A DNA stretch of 64,000 nt from Phoronis australis. Lineage: Eukaryota; Animalia; Phoronida. The DNA lies in NCBI GenBank assembly GCA_002633005.1, contig NMRA01000081.1:623625-687624 (forward strand), written 5' to 3'. The notes beneath the pieces are model-generated. The model did not search any database and was not told the DNA's origin. It worked only from the letters and a program-made list of their open reading frames with translations. This document shows positions 47,517-62,500 of this stretch, one piece after another (positions within the stretch are counted from its first letter, which is position 1; each line of letters opens with the position of its first letter). The translations under genes were made by a program, and so were the position numbers.

Positions 47517-50500
47517 GTACTATTGCTAAATGGAATGAGACGATGAATTTCTACTTTAAGAAAATATATACTGATTCAAATTTTACAGTTTTGTCTATTT
47601 TTGGCTGAATGCACTGACCTGTGGAAAAGGTCTTACATAATTTTTACTGTACTCCCAAAATGCATAGAAATTTTACTGGTTAACTTGATGAGATTCTGTG
47701 TAAATTTCTTCAATGTTCACTCCTAATATTTCGTTCTTGAACTTATAGTACATTTCCTTTTCATTCGCACTTTTCCGGATTAAAAGAGCTATGATTCACC
47801 AACTTCGAACGGTGAAACTTGAAATTTGAGTTCATTTAACAAAGCTGGTTATATCGTGTGTTTTTTTCGAAAATTGAGTCGATGTTATTTTTAGTTCCTC
47901 ACTTTAAAAAATCCACCTGAGACGAGCAAAAATGATGCAGGATTTTTGTGCATCGCTTGGTAAATCACGGCGGAGTTTTCTCGCCGCAAGTGTATCGCCA
48001 ATGTCTTGGGATTAAGGAACACAGCTTCGTTAGTTTTTTTCCATAAACTTTTCTCCAAATTTGTAAAATGCTATTAAACACTATCAACGATTTCTTGCGT
48101 CATTTGACAGAGTCTTTTAGTATACAACAGCTGTTAAAATATCATCAAAACCAGCGTTTAAAAGCAAAAAAACACAACATGAGTAATCAATGAGGCTTTA
48201 TCTAAAGTAAAATTACGTTTCTTAGCTGTATTTGTATGACGTCATTTGCTTTACTAGCTTGCAGCGCTGTGTGTGCACATGTATTTGCGTCGTTTAATGT
48301 CAACTTCCTATTTGCGAAAGTGAAATTTGGTGTCAGTCTCTTTCGCGATCATTTTGTTGGTGCAACACCAGAAATTTTAAAATCAAAATTTGAAATTAGT
48401 ATATTTCACGTTGAAAGAGCGTCAACTGAAAATTAGTTCTCATTTGATTTGTTTCCTCTTTAAATTTGTTTTTTGAAGCTTACCGATAACTACTTTGAAG
48501 CGAAAACAGTACCGTTGATTTGATGGGATACCAAATATGTTGTCAATCAAGAGCACTTTTACCCTTCAAATTCCGAGTCTATTTTATCCGGCCACGCACC
48601 CCTAAGCCAACCCTCCACTTTACCCTTCAAATCTCCCCTTCAAACTCGAGTTCACACATCTGCGTCAGCATTTTACACTGTACCATTAGTTTAGAGCGCG
48701 CTTTAGTTTCAAGTGTAACTCGATTTAGCTGACGTTTGTTTCATGTTTGTTTCTTTACAGTGGTCACGGACTTCCATAAGCAAACAAGTTTCGGAAAAAA
48801 ACATGAAAGAACATTCAGAAAAATATTTGAAAAGAAGCCTCAAGATTTCAGAACAAATGGAAATGGCCGACATTCAACAATCGATTCAGGCTTTGTAAAT
48901 GTACTCAACGGATACCGACGTTTATTGGGGAAAGTTGACTTCCCACCATTCAGCGTAACTCGGATGAATAAGTTGGTAAGACAATTGAGTTCATTTTTCA
49001 TTTTTTACCTCATCCAAGAATGAAATCTGTTCAATTGTTCCTTTCAACCTTATAACCACATTTTATTATGCACTGTTGTCTTTCTAGCGCTGGGATTACG
49101 AATTGGCACAGAATTTGATACCATCGTGTCATCCTGCTTCCAGTCACGTGCGACGAAGGTCGATGAATAGATTCGCCTTGCGAGCGATACAAGTCAGGCC
49201 ATCGCTTGGTGTCGCTTCTGGGAATGGGACAAACGTGAGACTTGAAGAACTTGTGAGTTCTTGGTTTCAAGAAAAAATGCATTATGACTATGAGCTGAAT
49301 TTGTGCTTGGAACATGAAGGCTGCCAGAACTTTCTCCAGGTAGGTAAACCCATTTTCGGTCAAAACAACACTCTTTCCCAGTCTCATAGGTGGTGCTGTG
49401 ACAGTGCCGGGGATATCTTAACACTTGTCCAAAATAAAAATGAAAACGCTTTGATGAGCGACTGTTGGCGAAGTCGAACAAAACTTTAAAGACGAGGTCG
49501 ATGACGAAACGAAGAGCACCAACGACCATGACCCCGATGCCTATTACATCGAATGTATTAGCCCGTGAGGAGATACCAAACGTGAAAAGGTTCTATTGAA
49601 GGATGACGGAGCTAGTAGTCAGCTTTGTTATGCAATTTTGTTGGGATTTTTTGAGGAAAGTGGAAACTATACATTCTTGAAAACCTCATGGAATGGCAAA
49701 TCAGAAAATAATTGATTCCATTTTTCGGCGGCCATCTTGGCGGCCATCTTGGATGTTCAAAAATGGCGCCGGTAAAATGGATATTGCCCAATATCTCCAC
49801 TTTTGGATCACTTAGAATGTTGGTTTTTATGGCTACATCTGCAAGAATTTGGAAATTTTAATTTTTGGGCGCCATCTTGGCAGCCATCTCGGATTTTTAA
49901 AAATGGCGCCCGTAACATACATTTTCTTCAGTATCTTTGCTCTTGGGTCACTCAGAATGTTAATTTTAATGGCTGCACCCACATTTTTGTGGTCAAGAAA
50001 TCTGAAAATGCAACTTATTAAATGAGGAACATAATCAAAACCCCATTTATTAGCAGCCACATTTTCTAAATACATTCTTCATGTAATACGACACATGATC
50101 ACTATCTTACTTTCTTGTATATTTTGTTCGGAGCTTGTTTCCTTCAAGACACTTAAAACCAAACAAGTACCTAAACAACTAATTTACGTTTGAAAAACAA
50201 GAAAGTACGTTTTTGTAGTGTCAACAATCTTTCAAAACTTTGAAATCAGTCTATAGGTCATTAATATAGGTATCACTGTCACCAGGAATCACATCATCAT
50301 CACCATTCGGACATTCTGCACTATACTGACATAGATCTGTGTAAGATAGGTCTTTTGATAGCCAAGAGCATCTTTGGGAAGAAGACTTGTTTTTGCACTA
50401 GCATCTAACCATCACAATGATAGCCTCTGGCGCCGGAAGCTCCTCAGTTGTGAGTGTTTCAGCTGGTCATCTTTGTCCTTGTAAATTCATTCTGCAATGG

Positions 50501-53500
50501 ATCAAGGAACTCCTGTATAGCAATGACTGCCTGGCCAGAACTGCATGATGTACAGTGTATTAGCAATACATCTGCTTTTTTGTGATCGTTTTCTTCTAAG
50601 CGTAGATCACGTCCGTTGCTCTTTGTGCATCCTGAAGCTGAAGTAATGGCTATCTTGGCAGAGTCTTTATTATATTAAAGTGTCTTTGGAGACAGATATT
50701 CAGTAGGTTGAGCCTATTTTGGTCATGGGAGAGGAAACGGACCATTGGGATGTTCTTTATGTAAGTCTCATCTCTAATCTGGTACTGTACTTGACCCTTT
50801 CTCTGCCTCTTTTTTTCTCTTGTGTCTTATTTCAAAGAGTTGTCTTTGTGGGTGTCAAAAAACCAGAATGATATCGTCATAATCTCTAGTTAAGAAAACC
50901 ACTTCCATACACGCATTGGACGTCGTTTAATGTTTTCTGGGTCTAAAACCTCTCTTCAAGCTTGAGGACTGTCCTGTTCTAAGACGTCTGCTTCGTAAAG
51001 TTTCTGCAGAAGGTGGATTCGATTCGATTTGTCTGTGCATGACAGCATTGCCCCACTGGCAGCAAAGATTGTTCTTGGTAATAGGGTGAATTCATAATGG
51101 CTGATAGCATGTTTCTGGTCGATTTGCCCAGCTGGCTACAACTCTTGTTGTTCTCGTCATTGATCCTCAGCCTAGTTACTGCCAAGCTTATCTGCCATCC
51201 GACTGTCAAAGGCAAAATGCATTTCCATTGAGTAGAGGAGAACTGGATTCCAAAGTGAACAGTGGAAATAATAACGAAATCTTCGAAAGATATGTCTCAA
51301 ATGTCTTTTCAAAAAGATATAGATATACACTGTAAATATACATGTAGGTTAATCTGCGTTTCTGTGATGCCTTTAAATATTCTGGGGGTTCCTATCTGCT
51401 ACTAAAATCATTTAGATTAAATTATCATTTTAGAAATAGTGTTTTTCAATTCCTTAACCCACAAAATGTGGGCGCATCTATTAAAACTAGCATTCTAAGT
51501 GACCCAAGAGCAGAATTACTGAGCAAAATGTATTTTACGGGCGCCATTTGTGAAATTTCAAGATGGCCACCAAGATGGCCGCCAATAAAATTAAAATTTC
51601 CAATTTCCAGAAAAAAGCGTTGACCTTACCTTCTCCAAATCTATTAATGCTCTCTTCCTTGTTGACCCGTCTTATGACCTTAAACTTAATGATGAAATCA
51701 TTCCTAGAAAACAGTCGCACAGACATCTGGGTATACTGTTAGATGAAAAACTCTCATTCACCCCTCACGTTCGGGAGCTCGTACAAAAAACTCAGGAACT
51801 AATTAACCCACTTAAGCTTGTCTCTCGTCATCTGAATTCTACACATTTAGAAGTTTTGTTCAAGTCCTTTGTACTTCCACACATTGATTATTGTGATATT
51901 ATATATCAGTCTGCCAATACGGGTGCACTCCAACATTTGGAGAAGTTACAATATCAAGCCGCCTTACTCATAACTGGAGCTTACAGGGGATCCAATAGTG
52001 TTAAGGTTTTGAATAATCTCAAGTGGCCCAAACTGTCTACTCGACGCAATCTTCACATGACCACATTTACGTTCAAGGTAATAAACAATGTCAACAACGT
52101 GTCTGTCAAAAAAATATTTGATCTATATATTAGACAAGGCCATCGTAGTGATTTGAGATTCTCCACCCCATATGCAATTCCTCCGTCGTTCAGTCAGGCA
52201 TTCAGAAGGTCTACAGTCATGATGTGCATCAACAACTGGAATTCTCTTCCAGTCTCTGTTAAGGAAAGCAACTCTTTTACGAGTATAAAAAATAATTTTA
52301 GAACTGTTTTTCATAATTTTGATAACTCAACACCCTTGACTCAATTCTCCCTTACCCGCGATAACGAAATAGCATTGTACAGATCAAGATGTGGCCTTTT
52401 CCTCAACTCTGACAAGTTCAGGCACAACTTTAGTAATGTATCTCCAAACTGTAAATGTGGTGACCATCAATCTTATCCTCATATTTTCTTCAAATGTCCC
52501 CTCATCGAATCCCTGAGAGACTCACTCTTTCGTGCACTCAATGATAACCAATCAGTTGTTAACGCTCTCAATTCTTGTAATAATATCCCTACTAGAGTTA
52601 CATTATTACTGAATGGTAGTCCTAACCTTGACTTTGTTCTTAACGAATTCCTCCTAAGCAACGTTAGCAAATTTTTATATACCGTTTATCAATATTGTTG
52701 CATCTGATTTCCCTACATGAATCTGTAAATATTTTTGTTTTTATATATCTGTAATAGCATGTCTAAGTATTGGAATACTTATTTTAGATACTACTTAATT
52801 GTATATATCTCTATGTATATAAGTTTCATTTATGAATTGTTTACAACCCAGATATAATGCTTCGCGGTTTCTGGGTTTGTTATTATTTCTTTGTATGTTC
52901 TGTGTATCCTTCAATAAATATATATCACAGTGAAAAAAAAAAAATTTCCAATTCATTGACCTCAGAACTGCACGTGTAGCAATAAAAACTAACATTCTCA
53001 GTGACCGAAGGGCGGATATATTGGGCAAAATCTATTTTACCGGCGCCATTCATTTTTGAAAATCCAAGATGGCCGCCAAGATGGCCACCGAAAAAAATGG
53101 AATCAATTATTTTCTAATTCGTCATTCATGAGGTTTCCAAAAATGTATAGTTTCCACTTTTGCCAAAAATTTCCAACGAAAGACAAAATTTAGACATAGT
53201 GAACCTGACTATAGAACTCCACAAACATATTTCGAAAAATGGCCGTCGCAGTGCATCTTGCGTCCGATTTCGCCCAAAAACAAATGTCCTCGGGCTATTG
53301 ACTAGATAAACACCGACCACACGGAAAATACGATCTCTAGAAAAAGTATGATAAGCTAACGAAGTGCAGCTATAAATAACCAGCCAATAAAAGAACAGTC
53401 GTCTAACCAGTAAATCTCGAATATCGCGAGAACGCTAAGTCGCAGTGAGAAACGGGTTTCACGATACTGACAGCCCTTGAAAAGATTTATACCAAACATA

Positions 53501-56500
53501 TACACATGTTTTGTGTAAATTTCACTTTGATCTAATAAAAATTGCAATCTGTAGCGTGGCAACCATGAAACAAAAATATGACAAAGTTACAGACTTGCAG
53601 AAATTTCATTTCACCAAGATATATACACATATGGAGAATCGTACACTCGTCTCAGGTTTATGACAAGGGCAAAACTTCTTGGAAATTTCGTCAAAATCCC
53701 GAGGCTTACCCATGTCATAAATCTGAGACGAGTGTAGGATTTGTTTTCTCACGTGAACCGTGAAAACGATCTTTTTTAACGAAATACTCGACGAGAATTA
53801 AACTTCCAACCACATGACGCAACTTTTGTAAAAGCACGCTTTCCCAATGTAAAGTAATTCAATAACTTTTTGTTAACAGTTTTATTTTAAGCTTAACAAC
53901 TGTAGATTACATTCACCTTCGTAGCAAATGTTCAAGTTAGAACTTCTAATAAATAGGCTTAGTTTGAAGTTGTAATATTAAAAGTTTAAAAATGTTTACA
54001 AATAACAGTCTGCAAGGCTTCCCGGCGCGTGAGCACTGAATTGACCTTGAGACGGCACAGCTAGACAGTGTTGCCGCGTTGCTTTTGAGTTGGGGCTCGT
54101 CTCCGTTCGAATGAACGTGGAGATGAACTTCGGCGCCGAAGATGGGTCGGTTTAAGAAGTTTGCATGTCCTTCCGATTGGAAGTACGTACAGTTGCGTCA
54201 ATCGTAACCATGTCACCTTTTCGGAATTCCGGCACTGTTTGGTTGGCGCGCGTTTGGTTGTTATAGTGTTTTGCAGACGATAAAATGTAAGGCGTATGGA
54301 TGTCTCCTCTGCACTACTTTGTGATTCGCCCATGTAATATCGAAAAAAATACGTACTCAGTATTATTAATCAGTCGTGTCGTAACATATTCCAGGTCATG
54401 TGAGAAATATCTTTCGTGCATTGTTGACACTACAATATGACAGTCAGATGATATTTCATTTCTAGCTGGTTCACCAAGACGCCGAAACGGTGGGATGTGC
54501 GGTCAACACGTGTGACGGGACTACAGTTTTAGTTTGTGCATTCTCTCCAGGGTGAGTTGTAGTTCAATGCAGACCATCATTTACGTGCCCGTAGCCAAGA
54601 GACAGAGATAGAGGGAAGGGTGGGGTGGGCTGTGACAGGTGCGGACGCAATCCGGCCCGCACCAACACCTGAGGTATGCTTTTCGTGAGGGGACGCAACC
54701 CCGCACTGGCAGCTGAGGTCAGCTTTTTGGCAATTCAGATATCTGGCAACATATTGTGATGTTCATCTACTTTTTGTCAGTAACTTTTTAACGGCTCACT
54801 TACGGATTTCAAATTTTCTGAATCCTCATTGAACGAGGCGTTTTCCTTTCCACAGGCCTCAGAATACTTAACGACGCACAATAATTATTAACCCACTAAA
54901 TTAATTATTAATACAGGAAATCAATTATTAACCCCGTAAATTAATTTTGAGTGGCTTAAATTAACAACAATGTCGTAAATTAAATGTTAACGGTGTAAAT
55001 TAATTGTTGATGGCTTAAATTATTAACGGAGAAAAAAATCGTTACATTACCGTTCACATCATTTTCTTTAGTTTTCCTAGTGATCGTTTCCTTTATTTGA
55101 CGTGTGTAAATTAAGTTGGTAAATTAATTTTTAGGGAGAAATTTAATTTTTAACAGCGTAAATCAATTATTTACTCACTTTGCCACTCATTTTTATTTTA
55201 CGAGAACAGGTATTACTAAATACGATAAACAACATCAGTACCCCGCTCCTCACAAAATATTTACCACACATCGTAAACATGACTTAGTGCGCACACAGAA
55301 CCCCTACCAGGGAATATGACCTCTATCCCACAATACTGGAAAATTTGAAATTACGAGTGCCAGGATATGAGATCTGCTAATCATAAATTTTCACCTCCCG
55401 CTTCGATATCTGACTATAGGTCTGATTTTGTTCACTAGGATTTTACAAAGATAATAGATTGAGCTTATTCAAGGCACGGTGTTTTCACTGCCTACCTGTA
55501 TCTTAAGTCACTTCGGTCTGTTGTTCTGTAACGCATTATCTATATGTGTTCACGGTTTTATTTTTCAATTAGTGGGCTTGTAGCGAGAGGCATGCATGGC
55601 AAAAGCAAAGTTTTCATTTAATGCTATGAAGAATCATATCGACAAGTCAGTGCGTTTAGCCAGATATCTAGAGCAGCATAGAGATTAGCTCTGAAAAAGT
55701 ATATGTTTTCTGAAAATAGAAAGCCGTGAGACTTTTCTTTTTAGCTTCACGCCACCCTGTCATTAATTAGATCACGTAACCACACCCTTTAGCAAAAAAG
55801 AAAGATACATTCGTAGCAAAACAACGGGATCAATAGCATGGCCAAATTTCATTTGATAAAATGTATAAGATGAAACCTTCAAAGCGCTGCTCCAGTTTTC
55901 TAAAATATCATTTGGTTCTCGTATTCTGCAAGTTTTAATTATTTATAAGAACAATGTAAGCCTCTCTTGCAAAAGTGGAACGTTTTAAAAACAAATTTTA
56001 ACACCGTGTTGGAGATCACTGTCTTGTGCATAGGTTCTGAAAGTTTCATATGAATCCAATCTGCCATTTCTGAATAGCAGTGTACTGGAATTAGACAAAT
56101 CTGGACATTTTTTAGGATTCTGTATAACCATCAGGAAATCAAACGCATAACGGTTCGATTGTCTTACGACAGTCGTATACGACAAAGGTGACCAAAGGAA
56201 GGTTATAATCAATGGCGAAACTTGTACTGGTACTGAATAATGACGCACTGTGGAAAAACTTTGCCCTCCTCTGTTTACAGCTCTAAAACCGTCGTATTGC
56301 AACACTTTAAACTATAAGTAACACTTCTCTAGAGATGGTTTGAAGAGCTTTCGGCTGGGACTAATCGCTGAAGCAAGATTAGCAGCTAATAACCTGGAGG
56401 CCCATTTATCAAGGTTGCAGAATGTCGTGTCTTAAATTTCTGTTGGCAGGCAATTCATTAGTGTGGTTTATAAATGAGGTCTTTCAGGTTGAATATAAAC

Positions 56501-59500
56501 TGCGATTACATTTACGTCAATAAGAATGTTTCACTCTTACAATAAATGCAAGTCGCTTTCGCAATAATGTACCACAAATTATGATTACTTACCTACAACC
56601 AGTCTTACGAACTTGGATTAAACTGGCCTCTGATCCATGCTTTTCGACAATGAAAAGAGAAATGCTAAAATTGGAATCTATTTGCGAAAGTCGATTTTTA
56701 TTTAAGTTTTAGTACGCACGTTTTACCAGGGTCGCGCACTCTAAACCCAAGACACTTGCGCCGCACTTTCAATAAGGAATCTTCGGTTATGGAACTGAAA
56801 CAGGGCGTTCTGTCCTAGAGATCAACATTCCAATCTCGCCGCCCAATCACTTCAGAGGCCGCCATGTTGTTAGGTTACACTCGTGAAACACTCGCCTTTT
56901 AGGCGCGTGATTTTGAGTGGTCTTGTGTAATATTGCTTCATCGCGAGATTCTTACCTTTCACGGAACGGAACTCAGATGTACAATCGCGTACTGGGTAGG
57001 ACTGGTATGGAAAAGTAAAAAAGGCTCCTTGACTCGGGGTAATGCCCATCTTTCTTCACAAATAGTCGACAACTCCCGCAGTCCATCGCAAAGATTTTTA
57101 GAGAGCAGCTGGCAATTCTCTCACTAAAGTTATACATAACAGCATTTTCAAAGGGACAAATTGACTCTTACGCATTTCACGTTTGACCCATTTGAATGAG
57201 TCTAATTTCCAGGGCGTCCTTATGATTTTCTAACACGTAGGCGAGTACTCTGCAAAAAGGTTTAGTTTTCTTTTAATATGAAATAGGATTAGATGTCCCT
57301 AACATATAATACATGCGCGATATTTTTTTAGTCTAAATAACGACAACAATCACATGGCACCCATAGACGGACTTAGAGCAGTCTACGGACTCTGGAAAAA
57401 TGCAGTCGCATGCCGTAAGGCTTGCGCGGACATTTCACCGTCAAAAATTGGGGTTACGACATTCTATATCCACCAGAGGCTCCTATATGAGTGTTCAATA
57501 CAAAGCTTTCAACACAAAGTGCATGAATATGTATTTTCAAGTTCAGTATATTCAAATAGCAACGAAGTTAAGTCCCTTTACTCCGTCTCAAATTACAAAT
57601 TAAATTAAATTACTCTTAAGAGTACACAATTAGTATTGCATTCCCTTCTCGTCAATATCATTAACCTATTATTTTATAGTTCAAATTTCTAGACACATGT
57701 ACTTCACTAGCATACTCGTCTTTTGCTCCATGGATTTCATGGAAACGGTTTGATGAGCCCCTATTGATTGACATCGGCCTGTTTTAGAGTAACTGCAACA
57801 AGTGGGCCGTAATAAACCGGTGTAAACGTTACGATCTGATTCGTTAAAATTTTGTAACAAATCGGTACGACGTAAAAAAAATCTGCGACTGTTATTGTGA
57901 ATCCCGGTTTGCAACAAAGCTAAAAAATGGCACCTCCCCAATCGTACTTCCCATAAAGAACTCGGGGCTAGTCCTAAGGCTGCAGTACATCGGAAGCGGA
58001 GATACTCCCAGATATATCTCGTACTGGTTCTTATAATTGTGTTAACGTGAAAACATTGTCGCCACTATTCCCAAACGTTCGCAAGAATGAAATATAAACG
58101 CTGTTAAAAATTGTCTTTAAAATGTTCCACTTTTGCATGAGGAACCTACAAACATAGGTCTTTTTATGAGTTTGACAAAAAATCAAAGTTGCATAAAACG
58201 AAATGATAATTTAGAAAACTGCACCAGCGTTTTTGAGATTTCTTCTAGACCATTTATTTAAAACGAAATTTGGCCAAGCTATGGATACTATTCTTTGCTA
58301 TGAATTTACCTGTACTATTTTACCTTTACTTTTTGATAAATTTTACTAGAGGACATGGTATCGAGACACCATGAATGACGGATTGATAAAACTAATTCAA
58401 ATATCAAACTCTAGTTTCAGAAAATATAGTTTCAATGGGTTTAAGTTGGTATTTGGTGAACTAAACAGACTTGACGATAAGGTCCTACATTATATTAAGC
58501 CTTCTATCCAGAACCCAGATTATCACAATTATGATTAAATGCAAGGTAGCAATCGCTATATTCCATGTAGGTCGTAGGATAACCTGAACCAAACGATCCA
58601 GACTTTAGTTCTCCAACTGTCCGGCGCTCGATGGGAAATGAAAACGTTTCGTTTTTAATTTAGCATCTTAATTTTAAAATCGATGTTCAATAGGTAGCCT
58701 TAATCAAAAAGCTGAATTACCAAGACTGAAATCAACTAAGATTATCTTTTCTGTCGACCAAATGGTAGTGCCTGAGGACTAGAAATTTTGCATTGGAACA
58801 GGCGAGCGTGAACGCATACTTCAAAAATGAGATGAGTAGCCGACTTGACACTCTCTAGAGTAATGAGAGCACGAAAATGAATTCCGCTTGATCCCCATTC
58901 GGAGGACAGAAATTCAATTACTACATAGTGGTTCATTAATTTAAAACAAAGTAACAGATCCCACGGCTAGCCCATTTCATTGTTTGAGTAGGTTAAGATC
59001 ATTAGTTTATTTTAGCTTTTTGACTTCGACTGGGATCGAAATTCTCCCGCTTTATCTTTCGCAGCTGCGGATTCTTCCGAAAAGCAAAGGGAATTGTATG
59101 GAACAAAATGTCCTTCATATTTCAAGAGATTTACCCTTTTCCGTAAGCCATTGGTACATTCCACCGCACATCAGTGAAACTTTTACACTATTAAGATAAC
59201 AGGAAAGGTTCCAAAGCGCTGTTTACACCAGTAGGTTGAAACCTCCCGTAGGCATTAAATCGGAATTGTAAGTGGCGCTGAACGCCTGTCCATCGCATGA
59301 TCGACGTCTGGCGGGAAAGTGAATCTCAGTATGGTACGGCTATTTCGAAAATCAGCTATTATATATTTGATATTGATATTAATAATCTTTTCACTTTCTG
59401 GCAAATCTTTTAAAACGTCAATGGTACCGCTATATAATACGATGGGTGATTATTGCAATAAATTTATCAAAAGGCAGGCAATGATTGCGGGGGTGTATGA

Positions 59501-62500
59501 AATTGGTCAGATAATTTGATATTGAACCCACTTGAGAACCTTAAACCAGAAGAGCTGATTTCCTAAACGTTTGGTCCTCTGGGTGTAGGATGTTTTCGCC
59601 AGTTCTTTTTCTCAGCCCTAACAAACGTCATAAGCACACATCTGCTTAGATGCGGGCAAAATCAGGATGGTCCGTAAGACACATCTGCGCTTCTCCAAGA
59701 AGGCGTTTCACCTGCGGAATTTTGTGTAAGCAAACACAAGCGTCAGTCGTTTCCATTATCGTGCAGTTAGCTCACTGACAAGTCATTCAAACGGTTTTCG
59801 GAACTATCCATATCTTCCGTTTTCTGTGCACGTTCACGAAGCCTCTCTGTTATTTCTTGATCAGTGTAATCTTGTTCGAAGTGTGAAACCTAACGATCAA
59901 CCTGTGAAGTCTTCGTCGGATGAGTACTCGTCTAAGTCGGGATTGCGAGTTGACATTTATTATTGTGCGTTCTGTTTCAAATGAATTATTCTCACCCTAA
60001 CCAATGCTTATAAAAATTGGAACAAAGTCTGTCTCATTAGATACAATTTGTAATGGCTTGGAGTGATCGCGAGTGCAAATGTTTTGAGAAGCCAGCAATG
60101 AATAAATCCCTGCGTTGCCGGCTTTAGATGCAATAAACTAATTGACCGGGCACCGAGGCCGTGTGAGCGCATGCTGATTCAGTGTTTGCTGACAGAAAGC
60201 TATTGTAAAACACAATAATTCGATTTTATATCCCATGGTGAGATGTTGAGGAATCTTTATTTAGATATTCATATGCATTACTCGAATCATTGTTACTGTA
60301 CAACTTTTGACCTGACGGTTCTGTGGAAGGGTAACCTGACTTCGCCGTCCCCGATGAGCTAGTAAGTAGATTTGCAGTTTCGCGGCTAATTCACCAAAAT
60401 AATCACCTGCACATTTTTTCTTTGGATCACCAGTATAGTCTAGTTTAGTTTTCAACTTTGGCTGGTTTATCTTCAGTCCGGTTTCGAGCCACTGGCAGGG
60501 ATAACAAGCGTTTTGTGAGTTTAGAACTGAAAAAACCGCGTCTAAAATTACGACACACAGCTATTTTCCCCTGTCTGTATTTCACGGACGAATAATTTGA
60601 ATTTATCACCGAACAGATCCCAAAACACACGCGACCGACCTTGGTAAATTGGCCTACCGAACTTTTTAGGCTACGGTACGTTCAAATACCTAAAAATCCG
60701 TAACAGCGAAATAAAATAACACGTTTGTTCAATAACTCGATGTATTTGTGAGGGTTTTACATCGAAATTTGATGATTTGTTGATGTAAAACGAGGAATTT
60801 AAGCGATAAGCTGACACCAGTAAGCGTGTTGTGACGTGCTGAACAGACTGCATTGGAACCTCTGACGTCAACACCTCCGTCTGTCGTCAGGTGTCGGGTA
60901 AAAGAGCTGCACTTGCTGTTATCGAGTGGAACTACTCGATCTAAACTGATACAAACTAGGTTGTTTTTTGGGTGGCATTATCCTTTAATTTCAACTGTAC
61001 TACATAGGCACTGTGTGAAGTCACTTTAACTGTGGAAGGACTGGCCATCCTTGGTAAAGTCCTCGTGTACTCTTGTTCATGTGCACACCCCAGAGAGGGG
61101 GGCTCGGGGGCTCAAAATAGCCCCGCATTTGGCGAAGTGGATACAAAGGTCCGCCTCAAGAGAAAAATATTCCTAAAACAAGTAGAAAACGAGACAAAAG
61201 TCCACAAAAAGCTACGAAATACCAAAATTTGGCGAATGCACAATTCATAGTAAGAGCTGGTCCACAATCCCAAAAATTCTAGCTCCCCATTTTTAGGCTG
61301 GATACGACCATGATGTTTACTTCCTGACGTACTGTGTGATCAATGTCTATGTTCTTCCACCATGATACGGAAAGCTTTGGCTTTGTAATCGATGCATTTT
61401 AACCTCCGGGCCCCTCAAAAGCGGTATTTTACAACACCAAAAGCTTCCACTGAATGTGAGTGGTTTCGCAACAAGTTGACTATGTAAATTTATCAAAAAA
61501 TAAACCAGTGATCGTATGCCCCGAATACATTTCTCGTCTGTTGCATCGCTACAGGTACAGTTCTGGTCGCATGCCATTCACTAAGGGTTCATCTTGCACT
61601 CGGTGTCAAGCCTCGCTCTCGTTTTGCGACGACGGACTTTGTGGTGAGTTTAGTGCACATAGGATGACCGTGCTTCAAGGTCGTGTTCTGTAACGCAAAA
61701 AAAATCGGAGGTAACGCCTAATTTTGCGTGCCCTTGCTTAATTTCGCCAAAATTTGCAAAATCTTGTTCCAGGTACGGAACGCACCATAGGTGTAGCGTT
61801 CTCAAGAATTTGTGCAAGTCACAAGACTTCAACCAATAACGTGACAAGATCTCTTGGCAAAAGATGTCATTAGCTCTTAACATTTCAATCTGAGTGTCTT
61901 ATAATAGGTTTAAAGTACTTGTCAACTTCCGCAGGTCTCTTCAATATTCACATAAAATATTAAATTATGTCTTTATTTTTTCATTGCTGCTGTTGGCAAT
62001 TCCTCGAAGACACTATTCGTGTGCCAAAAATCAACTGCGTGACAAATGTTTGTCGGTCATTTTAAGTCCTTTTGATTTTCGATGGAGCATTTTACAACTT
62101 TATACGTCAACTGTTCATTAATGCTTGGGTCGGTTATATGCACTTGCTTTATGACCATGGGAAACATATCCTTAGATTTGCTATTTACTCTCAAAAGGAG
62201 ACACCGCCCATTGAAATTGTGGTGTTGTTTAAATATAAAGGCTCATAATTTCATCGTTGAGGGTAAATAAATAGATACTCTTCCTTGCTTATAGACTATA
62301 CGAATCTTTAGTTGGAACACGAATTCACCTACTGTTTAAATAGTACGAATTCGTCCATCATCAAACAAACTTTAAAAAACAGAGAGAGTGAACAAACCAA
62401 CCCACGTGGGTTTCCTATGTAAGTGGTTTCATGGCCTACCATTAATTTTCGACAGAAGAATGTCAAAAGGTTCCGGTATTGACAGACTTGTACAGTGCCT

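Larger units (their letters stand above)
49616..53211 (-). mobile_element. Academ-superfamily DNA transposon, decayed
   Basis: TAGTCAG...CTGACTA termini, TAG 3-bp TSD, long (over 400 bp) imperfect TIRs rich in GGCGGCCATCTTG; transposase remnant on the minus strand. Confidence 0.85.

Noticed and set aside
56345-56380. AGCTTTCG motif resembling a hammerhead end
   Set aside because: No CUGANGA box or stem II partner.
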